From positions 27,325 to 91,324 of the forward strand of contig JACONG010000004.1 in the NCBI GenBank assembly GCA_014323865.1: DNA of 64,000 nucleotides, in the 5' to 3' direction. How positions within the stretch are numbered: the first letter of the stretch is position 1; every line of letters starts with the position of its first letter. A program made the position numbers and the translations under genes. Of this stretch, positions 37,592-46,200 are shown in pieces. The notes under the pieces were generated by a model. It saw only the letters and a program-made list of their open reading frames with translations. It had not been told where the DNA came from and searched no databases. This stretch comes from Rhodospirillales bacterium. GTDB lineage: Bacteria; Pseudomonadota; Alphaproteobacteria; SP197.

Positions 37592-38144
37592 GGACGGCTC
37601 GAAGGCGCGCATCCTCAACTACTTTCTGGCCAATCCCGGAAAGGTTCTACAGTCGCAGGACATTCAGGAAGCAAGCGGCGGCGCGGTCGAATGGGCGCGG
37701 CGCTTGCGCGAATTGCGCTCGGCAGGCTGGCGCATTCTCACCACGAATGACCGAGCAGGCTTGAAGCCTGGCGAATACATCCTGGAAGACCCGACACCGC
37801 CGCCGCAATATCGCTTTGAGTGCCCTATATCTAAGCGGCTGCGTGCGGAGGTCTTTGAGCGAAACGGGATGACCTGCCAGATGTGTGGGATCGGTGCTGG
37901 CGATTTGACGGAAGACGGCCGCAAAGCCCGGTTGCATGTCGGCCATATCAAAGACCGCTCACACGGCGGCAGGGACGAATTGTCCAACCTTCGCGCTTTG
38001 TGCAGCGACTGCAATCAGGGGGCGAAGAACCTTGTCCAGGAGCCGCCTAGCTGGACTTGGCTGCTGGGCCAGTTGCGGCGAGCAACACAGGATGACCAGC
38101 GGGCGGCGCTCGACTGGCTCAAACGTAAATTCGGGGAGGACTGA
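37581..38144 (+). CDS. HNH endonuclease, putative restriction endonuclease partner of the MTase
   Basis: 187 aa. CQMCG...HVGHIKDRSHGG...SNLRALCSDCN is an HNH (His-Me finger) motif with zinc-binding cysteines. The N-terminus is winged-helix-like. It overlaps the MTase gene by 11 nt. Confidence 0.75.
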   Translation: MARKDGSKARILNYFLANPGKVLQSQDIQEASGGAVEWARRLRELRSAGWRILTTNDRAGLKPGEYILEDPTPPPQYRFECPISKRLRAEVFERNGMTCQMCGIGAGDLTEDGRKARLHVGHIKDRSHGGRDELSNLRALCSDCNQGAKNLVQEPPSWTWLLGQLRRATQDDQRAALDWLKRKFGED

Positions 38145-38146
38145 CC

Positions 38147-38320
38147 ATGACCATCGAGCGCCGCAAGGTGCGGTTGCGGCCGCACGGCTACCAGCCGACG
38201 AAGGCCGAGCTTGAGGCCGACATGAGCATCCGCCGCGCGGACGACTCGCGCCCGACGCCGGAGGAAGTCGCCCGCGTCGCGCTGGCGCAAGTCAGGATTG
38301 TCGAGGAGTCGCGAGATTAG
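38147..38320 (+). CDS. 57-aa hypothetical ORF, third gene of the R-M operon (function unknown)
   Basis: ATG 3 nt after the HNH stop, with a GGGGAGGA Shine-Dalgarno 7 nt upstream. Translation MTIERRKVRLRPHGYQPTKAELEADMSIRRADDSRPTPEEVARVALAQVRIVEESRD. It ends 10 nt before the right IR. It is absent from the supplied ORF track, which starts at 60 aa. Confidence 0.35.
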   Translation: MTIERRKVRLRPHGYQPTKAELEADMSIRRADDSRPTPEEVARVALAQVRIVEESRD

Positions 38321-38355
38321 CAGCCACCTTGGCACTATTCTCTATAATCTCCTTT

Positions 38356-38386
38356 TTTGCGCGTGACTCATCTTTGCGCGTGACTC
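38356..38386. repeat. 14-bp direct repeat tttgcgcgtgactc x2 separated by 3 nt, flanking the IS right end
   Basis: Read directly from the sequence. Confidence 0.9.
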
Positions 38387-38698
38387 GGCGATCTCCCGGC
38401 TTCACTGCGTCACTGGCCGGGGATGAGCGTCTGTCTGCAAGAAGGGGCCTCAGGATGGCCGCATCCCGGATCGCAATCGGAGCCCCGGATCATATTGCAG
38501 ATGTACCGGGGCCAGCCACGTGCTCGGGCAGAACCATCGCCGAGGCCGTCATCCACGCCGCCCCCGCTGCCCACATGCGCATGATCGGCGAGGCCGAGGC
38601 CGCACGCAGCTGACGGCAGACCCCTTGCGGCCTCGTCGGTTCAATCCTAGAAGTCGCGACGGGACACAACATCTGCTTGCAGGGGACATACGCGGCAC

Positions 38699-39685
38699 AT
38701 GGGAGAGTTACTGAGTCTGGCCGGCGATAACATCCTGTCGCCGCCGATCCTGTTCTTCGCTCTCGGGTTCGTCGCCGCCCTTCTTCGTTCCGATCTCGCC
38801 ATCCCGGAAACCATCGGCAAGACGATCGCGCTCTATCTGATGTTCGCGATCGGCTTCAAGGGCGGGGCATCGCTCGCGACCGAAGGCCTCGATGTTCTCG
38901 CGCTCTGGGCCGCCCTGCTCGGCATCGCCATGAGCTTCGTCATCCCGATCGTCAGCTTCCGCTTGCTGCGCATGGTCTCGCGTCTGACACGTGTCGATGC
39001 GGCTGCGGTCTCTGCCCACTACGGTTCGGTCAGTGTCGTGACCTTCGTGACCGCGGCGAACTTCCTGGATATCGAGAACATTCCCTACGAAGCCTGGATC
39101 ATCGCCGTTCTGGCGTTGATGGAAACACCCGCGATCGTGACCGGCCTGGCATTGGCCCGCGAGCGCGGCAAGCACGGCGGCCAGGCGCTGTTCTCGACCG
39201 AGGTGCTGCGCGAGGTCCTGCTGAACGGCAGCATCGTCATGCTGCTGGGTGCCTTCGCGATCGGCTGGGCGACCGGCGAACAGGGCCTCACCGATGTCGC
39301 GCCCTTCATCGTCGATCCCTTCAAGGGTGTGCTCTGCCTCTTCCTGCTCGACATGGGGCTGGTCGCCGCGCGCCAGCTCCACAAGGCCGAGGGCATGGGT
39401 CCGTCGACGGTCGCCTTCGGTCTCTACATGCCAATCGTCGGCGGCCTGTTTGGGCTGCTGGGCGCCTGGGCCATCGGCCTTTCGCTCGGCGGCACCACGC
39501 TGATCGCTGTGCTGGGTGCCAGCGCCTCCTACATCGCGGTGCCCGCCGCCCTGCGCATGACCCTGCCCCAGGCCAACGCAGCGATCTACCTGACGATGTC
39601 GCTCGGCATCACATTCCCGTTCAACGTCCTGATCGGGATCCCGCTTTACCTTGCTGCGGCGGAGTATCTCTACGGCGTGGTCTGA
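38699..39685 (+). CDS. SbtA-family (DUF897) sodium-dependent bicarbonate-transporter-like permease
   Basis: 328 aa with about 10 TM segments. ...IGKTIALYLMFAIGFKGG... and overall length/topology are typical of SbtA/DUF897. No SbtB-like PII gene is adjacent. Confidence 0.6.
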   Translation: MGELLSLAGDNILSPPILFFALGFVAALLRSDLAIPETIGKTIALYLMFAIGFKGGASLATEGLDVLALWAALLGIAMSFVIPIVSFRLLRMVSRLTRVDAAAVSAHYGSVSVVTFVTAANFLDIENIPYEAWIIAVLALMETPAIVTGLALARERGKHGGQALFSTEVLREVLLNGSIVMLLGAFAIGWATGEQGLTDVAPFIVDPFKGVLCLFLLDMGLVAARQLHKAEGMGPSTVAFGLYMPIVGGLFGLLGAWAIGLSLGGTTLIAVLGASASYIAVPAALRMTLPQANAAIYLTMSLGITFPFNVLIGIPLYLAAAEYLYGVV

Positions 39686-39691
39686 CGCGCG

Positions 39692-42103
39692 TCACGATCG
39701 CGGTCGCTCCTTCTTCGGATCGTAGAACGGGAACGGCACGACCGTTGCGGGGATGCGCTTGAGGTGACCGTCCATCTTGCCGACCTCGACCTCGGTACCG
39801 ACCTCCGCATGGGTCACGTCCATGCGGCAGAGCGCGATGTTCTTCCCGAGGATCGGCGAGATCGTGCCCGATGTGATGACACCGACCTGGGCGCGACCGA
39901 TGCGCACGCAGTCGCCGTGGGCGGCGGGCTCGCCACCCTCGACCTCAAGGCCGACCAGCGTCTTCTGCGGGCTTGCCTTGCGCCGCTCCAGCGCCGCGCG
40001 GCCGATGAAGTCCTCGTCGGTCGACTTGAGCGCCACAGTGAAGCCGATGCCGGCCTCATAGGGGTCGGTCTGGTCGTCGAACTCGTGGCCCGCGAAGATC
40101 AGGCCCGCCTCGATACGCAGCATGTCGAGCGCGTCGAGCCCGAGCGGCACGATTCCGCAAGGCGCACCCGCCTCGAAGACAGCATCCCAGACCTGTTCGG
40201 CATGTCTGGGATGACACCAGACCTCATAGCCCAGCTCACCGGTGTAGCCGGTGCGCGAGACGACCAGAGGGATGCCGTTGTGATCACCGATGCGGCCGAT
40301 GGTCGAACGGAACCAGTCGATCTCGTCGAGCGCCGGGCGTGCGGACGCGGTCCAGACGATATCCTTCAGGACGTCGCGGCTCTTCGGCCCCTGGACCGAG
40401 ATGTTGTGGAGCTGGTCGGTCGAGTTGCGCACCAGGGCACGCAGGCCCCATTCGCGAGCCTTCTGGCGCAGCCATTCGGCACCATGGTCGGAGCCGCCGA
40501 TCCAGCGATAACCGGTCTCCGACAGACGGAACAGCGTGCCGTCGTCGATCATGCCACCGTGCTCGTAACACATGGCGGAATAGACGACCTCGAGATCGCT
40601 GAGGCGCCGGACATTGCGCGTCAGCGTGCGCTGCATCAGCTCGGTCGCATCGGGACCGTTGATCTCGACTTTTCTGAGGGCCGAGAGATCCATCGCGATG
40701 ACACCCTCGCGGGCCGCCCAGTACTCTTCGATCGCACCGTGCCTGGTGTAGCTCGTCGGCAACCAGTAGCCGTTGTAGTCGGTGATGTTGCGGGTCAGTG
40801 CAGAGGTCCGGGAATGGAACCCGGTCTCCTTGGTCGGCTGGGGATCGGAATCGGGCATGGCTCGGAACGCAATCGATGTCTTGAAGACGTTTTCGGGGCG
40901 GTAAACGCGGACCAGGATGTCGGTCGGGTTCCAGCCGTTGGCCGGATCGAGCGCGTCGCCGCAGGCGGAGCTGACACAGACCATATCCTGCATGGCGCGG
41001 CTCAGGACATAGTCTCCCGGGCGTGACCAGGGCTCCTCCAGGTAGATCTGGTTCCGGTCGTCGACCCGGGTATTGTAGAAGTAGTTCATCGCCCGCCAGC
41101 CGGCTCGCGGCCTGATGCCCCAGGAAGCGAGCGCCATGTTGAAGTTGTCCGTGCAGTTCGGATGGCCGGGATAACCGGCCTCGTCGTAGTAGCGCGACGT
41201 GCAGGCGTAGTTGAAAGCGTCGTGCCGACCGACCGTGTCCTGGATGAACTCGATGGACGGCTGCAGCGCACGGTCGAAGAGCTTCGCGTTCAACCCGGGC
41301 TTCGTGTAGAGCGTGCCGGTCAGCGTCCGGGTCGCGGTGGGGTCGAGATCGTACTCCTCGCCCTTGTCGAGCCCCTTCAGCGCAATCGCCTGGTAGTCGG
41401 TGCACTCGCGGCCCGCGACATCGATGATCTGGATGTATTCGCCCTTGTAGACCTCGTAGGCGTGCGCCGTGGCCGGCTTGATCAGATATTCGTAACGCAC
41501 GTCGGCGAGCGGCTCGGGAATGGTCTTCTCGGCCGCGACCCCAGGGTCGATCCGGGTGATGAAGAACTCCAGCCCGGTTGGCGGGTTCTGGTCGGAGACC
41601 TCCATGTCCCCGCCGGGCGCCGCGACCACCATGACGCCGTCCCGCTCGACCGTGAAGCCGGTCTCCTCATGGGCCGGGGTCTCGGCGTTGAAGCGCCTGA
41701 TCGACCGCTCGAACCGGGCCGGCAGGCCCCTGGCCTTCAGCGCCGCGAGCAGGCTCCCGGCATTCTCGCCACCCTGCGCCAGCGTTGTGCGCAGGCCTTC
41801 GGCGGGTCCGTCGCCGGTCTGGCCGAGAATGCCCGGTTCCTCGCGACCGTCAGCGCTCATCGCGACGACCTCGCAGACCTGGCCGCCCTCGCGGTTCACG
41901 ATGCGCACGGTGTCGCCCGCGAAGATCCTGACGACGACCGAACCGCCGCCATCCATGCTGTAGCGTTCGACACCCGGCGGCAGCATCGCAAAGCCCCGGT
42001 TCAGGATCCGGGGACGGCCGCGCACAGGCTCTTCGAGGGGAAGCGTTCCAATCGTCGCCCCAGTCATGGCCCCAGTCATGGCCCCAATCGTCGCCCCAGT
42101 CAT
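39692..42103 (-). CDS. Fusion protein: DUF1989 domain plus glycine-cleavage T-protein/aminomethyltransferase (GcvT) family domain
   Basis: The start is assigned to ATG 42103, with AAGGAGGTG 8 nt upstream. The N-terminal half resembles DUF1989 (urea-carboxylase-associated family). The C-terminal 370 aa has GcvT-fold motifs (ISVQGPKSRDVLKDI..., GYTGELGYEVW..., LGLDALDMLRIEAGL). The N-terminus carries the peptide repeat MTGATIG-AMTG-AMTGATIG, encoded by 12-bp tandem units. Confidence 0.65.
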   Translation of the reverse strand: MTGATIGAMTGAMTGATIGTLPLEEPVRGRPRILNRGFAMLPPGVERYSMDGGGSVVVRIFAGDTVRIVNREGGQVCEVVAMSADGREEPGILGQTGDGPAEGLRTTLAQGGENAGSLLAALKARGLPARFERSIRRFNAETPAHEETGFTVERDGVMVVAAPGGDMEVSDQNPPTGLEFFITRIDPGVAAEKTIPEPLADVRYEYLIKPATAHAYEVYKGEYIQIIDVAGRECTDYQAIALKGLDKGEEYDLDPTATRTLTGTLYTKPGLNAKLFDRALQPSIEFIQDTVGRHDAFNYACTSRYYDEAGYPGHPNCTDNFNMALASWGIRPRAGWRAMNYFYNTRVDDRNQIYLEEPWSRPGDYVLSRAMQDMVCVSSACGDALDPANGWNPTDILVRVYRPENVFKTSIAFRAMPDSDPQPTKETGFHSRTSALTRNITDYNGYWLPTSYTRHGAIEEYWAAREGVIAMDLSALRKVEINGPDATELMQRTLTRNVRRLSDLEVVYSAMCYEHGGMIDDGTLFRLSETGYRWIGGSDHGAEWLRQKAREWGLRALVRNSTDQLHNISVQGPKSRDVLKDIVWTASARPALDEIDWFRSTIGRIGDHNGIPLVVSRTGYTGELGYEVWCHPRHAEQVWDAVFEAGAPCGIVPLGLDALDMLRIEAGLIFAGHEFDDQTDPYEAGIGFTVALKSTDEDFIGRAALERRKASPQKTLVGLEVEGGEPAAHGDCVRIGRAQVGVITSGTISPILGKNIALCRMDVTHAEVGTEVEVGKMDGHLKRIPATVVPFPFYDPKKERPRS

Positions 42104-42572
42104 TACTATAGCCACCTCCTTGGCTGGCCGCACCTTAGAACCGGTCGCTACATCTGACAATCGCGCAACCTGGCCGCAGAACCTGCCCGCCCCGATAAGG
42201 AATCCTGACGGCCCCCCAGAATTTATCGTTTGCCGGTTCCGTCATCATGCGCTATCGCATGGTCCGAAAGCGCCGATTTGATCCTCAGCTTGCGGGCGCT
42301 CCAGAAATACGGCTAAAGCGATGGGCGCGTTGCCCATCACACGGATCGGGCGGCTTTTTGTGCCCGCGATCCGGCCGGATGACCCGCAGGCAGGCCCGGG
42401 ACGGTGCCCCGACGAAACGGAGATGCGCCATGTTCCAGACCCGCCCCGGACCCCTGAGCCTTGCCGATCGTCATGACCTCTCGTTACGACCTCTGCGGTG
42501 TTTGTGCCCGCACGGGCCGCGCGATGGCCATGGGCGATATGGATATGTGTGATCGCGCGGGGAGGGTCTGAC

Positions 42573-43133
42573 ATGCTCCCCATTCAGCTCGATTCGGCGC
42601 GCCTGTCATTCGCCGTGGTGGGCCGTGGTGCCGCCGCCGCGCGCAAGGTCGAAACACTGCGGAACGCGGGAGCCCGCGATCTCACGGTCTATGCCGACCG
42701 CGCCAATGATGCCCTGACCCGCGCGGCCGGTGACGATCTCGTCCGCCACCTTCCGGGCAACGCGGAGTTGGCCCGCGCCCATGTCGCGATCTCGGCCGGT
42801 CTGGCACCTGACGAGGAGGTTGCCCTGGCCGAGCGATGCCGCGCCCTGCGCGTGCTGGTCAACATCGAGGATCGCCCGGAGTACTGCGACTGCCACCTGC
42901 CTGCCGTCGTGCGTCGGGGCGACCTGACCCTCGCGATCTCGACCAACGGAAAGGCACCGGGGCTGTCGGGCCTTCTGCGGCGTCATCTCGAAGCCCTGTT
43001 CGGTCCGGAATGGGGCGGGCGCATCGACGAGGTTGCCGAGGCGCGCAGGCGCTGGCGTGCCCAGGGTGCCGACATGGCTGCTGTCAGGCAGCGGCTGTGC
43101 CGCTTCGTGGAGGAACGGCAATGGCTGACCTGA
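42573..43133 (+). CDS. sirC: Precorrin-2 dehydrogenase / sirohydrochlorin ferrochelatase (siroheme synthase N-terminal domain, SirC/Met8-like)
   Basis: MLPIQLDSARLSFAVVGRGAAAARKVETL (Rossmann), ...VNIEDRPEYCDCHLPAVVRRGDLTLAISTNGKAPGLSGLLRRHLE is a typical CysG N-domain. No uroporphyrinogen methyltransferase domain is attached. Confidence 0.65.
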   Translation: MLPIQLDSARLSFAVVGRGAAAARKVETLRNAGARDLTVYADRANDALTRAAGDDLVRHLPGNAELARAHVAISAGLAPDEEVALAERCRALRVLVNIEDRPEYCDCHLPAVVRRGDLTLAISTNGKAPGLSGLLRRHLEALFGPEWGGRIDEVAEARRRWRAQGADMAAVRQRLCRFVEERQWLT

Positions 43134-43200
43134 ACGGCTGGCACCACCGCCGCAGCCGGTTCGGGTCTGGCCCGCATGGCGCAGCCTTCCATCGCAGCCC

Positions 43201-43251
43201 TGAACCCACTGGACCTTGAACCCACTGGACCTTGAACCCACTGGACAAGAG
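43201..43251. repeat. 17-bp perfect tandem repeat tgaacccactggacctt x3 (last copy variant) upstream of the large oxidoreductase gene
   Basis: Read directly from the sequence. It overlaps the first Met (43232) of the ORF, favouring a start at 43292. Confidence 0.9.
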
Positions 43252-43291
43252 CGCGCGCCGCAGTGGCGAGACCGATGACCTCCGGATCCCG

Positions 43292-46200
43292 ATGACCGAG
43301 CTTTCCCTGGCCCACGGCCTGGCCTTCGACGACCTCTACGACCGCGACGGACTCGTGCGCCTCGACCGGCTTTTCGTCGACGCGCTCAGGGACCGCGACA
43401 CGGCCCTCTTCAATCGCCTGATGACCGGGCGTGCCGATCCGACGGCGCTCGACGACAGGGACCACTCCGATCTGCTGACCGAACTCGGCCCCTTTGTCGA
43501 GGACTTCGTGGCCGGGCTCTTCGGCGTGACGGCGGAGGTCGCCGGGCACCGTGCCGAGCGGGATCGGCTCGATCCGATCTACAAATGCAAGCTGATCTTC
43601 GTGCGCCGTCGGGCCGCCAGGGCCTTCAGGCCCGATGAACTGGCGGCGGCCGACGGCACGGCCCTGCGCCGCGAGGTCGAGTCGCTGATCGGCGGGACGC
43701 TGAATGAACTCTCCTTCGCCCGCGCCGTCATGGCCTGGCTGGAGGACGAGGAGGCCAACGCCGACAGGCTCGACAGCGCGGCCCGCTTCGCCGCCTGGGC
43801 GACGCTCACGGCCGCCGGCCAGGAGCGCTATCGCAAGAGCCCGCTCTTCCATCTGCCGGGCAAGGTCGATCCCGCGAATCTGGTCGCCCTCGATACGGTG
43901 GTCATCGACGGTGTCACCATGCTGCGGGCGCACGATGAGCACCTGCGCCTGCGCGAGGGCTTCGGCCTGACCGACAACGGCATGGATCTGGAGCGCGCGC
44001 TCGACCACGCCAACTACTGCATCTTCTGTCACAACCAGGGCAAGGACAGCTGCTCGAAGGGCCTCAGGGAGAAAGACGGCAACGCCTTCAGGGTCTCGGC
44101 CCACGGCGTCACGCTGGCGGGATGTCCGCTCGACGAGAAGATCGGTGAGATGAACATGCTGAAGGCGCAGGGCCACGGCCTTGCCGCGCTCGCTGTCGCC
44201 ATGGTCGACAACCCGCTCTGCGCCGCCACGGGCCACCGCATCTGCAACGACTGCATGAAGGCGTGCATCTACCAGCGCCAGGATCCGGTCGACATCCCGC
44301 AGATCGAGACCCGCACGCTGAAGGACATTCTGGCGCTGCCCTGGGGCTTCGAGATCTACAGCCTGCTGTCGCGCTGGAATCCGCTGAACCTCGACCGGCC
44401 TCTGCCGCGGCCCGCCACCGGGCGGCGCGTGCTGGTGGTCGGGACGGGGCCGGCCGGCTTCAACCTCTCGCACCATCTGATCAACGACGGCCACACGGTG
44501 GTCGCGGTCGACGGGCTCAGGATCGAGCCGCTCGACCCCGGGATCTCCGGCATCGACATCATGGGCCAGCGCCAGGCCTTTGCCCCGATCCGCGACGTCG
44601 AGGCGCTTTACGAAGCGCTCGACGACCGGGTCATGGCCGGTTTCGGCGGCGTTGCCGAATATGGCATCACCGTGCGCTGGGACAAGAACTTCCTGAAGCT
44701 CATCCGGCTGCAGATCGAACGTCGCCGGAGTTTCCGCATGTACGGCGGCGTACGCTTCGGTGGTACGCTGACGATCGAGGATGCCTTCGGCTACGGTTTC
44801 GATCACATCGCTCACTGTGCCGGTGCCGGACGGCCAACCTGTATCGACATGCCCAACGCCCTCGCCCGTGGTGTGCGCATGGCCTCCGACTTCCTGATGG
44901 CGCTCCAGCTGACCGGTGCGGCGCGCGCGGTCTCGGTCGCCAATCTGCAGCTCCGCCTGCCGGCGGTCGTGATCGGCGGCGGCCTCACGGCGATCGACAC
45001 GGCCACCGAGGCGCTGGCCTACTACCCCGTCCAGGTCGAGAAGTTCCTCAGCCGTTACGAAACGCTCTCCGCCGAAATCGGAGAGGACGCCGTTCGCGCG
45101 GGCTGGAACGCCGAGGAGACGGAAATCGGCGACACGTTCCTCGAACACGCCCGTGCCCTTCGTGTCGAACGTACCGCCGCGCGGAACGGGAATCGCGAAC
45201 CTCGCATTCTCGACCTGCTCGACGGCTGGGGCGGCGTCACCATGGCCTACAGGCGCGATCTCGTCGATGCGCCGAGCTACCGCCTCAACCACGAGGAGGT
45301 CGCGCTCGCCATGGAGGAGGGCATCCGGATTGCGCCGGGCCTGTCGCCCGTGGCGATCGACACCGACACACGCGGCCATACCGAAGCGATCCGCATGACC
45401 GATGGCGCGGGCGCAGAACACGTTCTTCCCGCACGCGCCGTTCTGGTCGCCGCAGGCACGCAGCCGAACACGGTGCTCGCGCGCGAGGATCCCGATCGTC
45501 TCGGCCTCGACGGCAGGTTCTTCCAGGCCCTCGATCTCGACGGCAACCCGGTCTCGCCCGAGCGGCTGGCCAAGCCGGTCGACACGCATGTCCTGATGCA
45601 TCGCGCCGCCGACGGTCGGGCCGTGAGTTTCCACGGCGATCTCCACCCCAGCTTTGCCGGCAACGTCGTGAAGGCCATGGGCGGCACCAGGCGAGCCTAC
45701 CCGGTCATCTCGCAGGTGCTCAGGCGGCTGGGGCCCCACGATGCCGTCTCCGACGACTCCTTCTTCAACCGGCTCGACGGTCGGCTGCTCGCCACCGTTG
45801 TCGCGGTCGAGCGGCTGACGCCGACCATCGTCGAGGTGGTGATCGAGGCACCGGCTGCCGCGCGCGCCTTCCGCCCCGGCCAGTTCTACCGCCTGCAGAA
45901 CCACGAGCGCTTCGCACCCAGGGGAGCCGACGGCACGCTGCTCTCCATGGAACCGCTGGCCATGACCGGCGCGGCGATCCCGGTCGAGGGTGCGCAGGTC
46001 TCCGTGATCGGCCTCGAGATGGGCGGGTCGTCGGACCTCATGGCGCATCTGCATCCCGGCGAACCCGTCATCCTGATGGGTCCCACCGGCACGCCGACCG
46101 TGATTCCGTCGGACGAGACCGTTCTGCTGATCGGCGGCGGCCTCGGCAACGCCGTGCTGTTCTCGATCGGCAAGGCCATGCGCGAGGCAGGCTCCCGCGT

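Larger units (their letters stand above)
35698..38352 (+). mobile_element. IS1595-family element with passenger genes: transposase plus a type II R-M module (methyltransferase, HNH endonuclease, 57-aa ORF)
   Basis: The terminal inverted repeats are gggattatagggaatagtgcca (35698-35719) and the reverse complement of 38330-38352, ggagattatagagaatagtgcca (about 21 of 23 matching). Four co-directional, overlapping genes lie between them. No clear target-site duplication is evident. Confidence 0.6.

Noticed and set aside
38329-38613. ORF 38329..38613 (94 aa) upstream of the SbtA-like gene as a possible regulatory or SbtB-like partner
   Set aside because: No similarity to PII/SbtB-like folds is apparent. 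It is Ala/Arg-rich with high-GC third positions, has no SD, and overlaps the IS right-end flank. It is likely spurious.
42160-42572. Possible riboswitch or leader between the DUF1989-GcvT gene and sirC (a roughly 400-bp intergenic region)
   Set aside because: Inspection turned up no conserved riboswitch core (e.g. SAM, cobalamin, glycine or THF motifs). Only generic GC-rich stems are present. This is left unannotated.
43201-43251. Possible CRISPR arrays at the several tandem-repeat loci
   Set aside because: The units are 10-17 bp and strictly adjacent (no spacers), with only 2-4 copies. No cas genes are present. The 14-bp pair at 38356-38386 is separated by only 3 nt.
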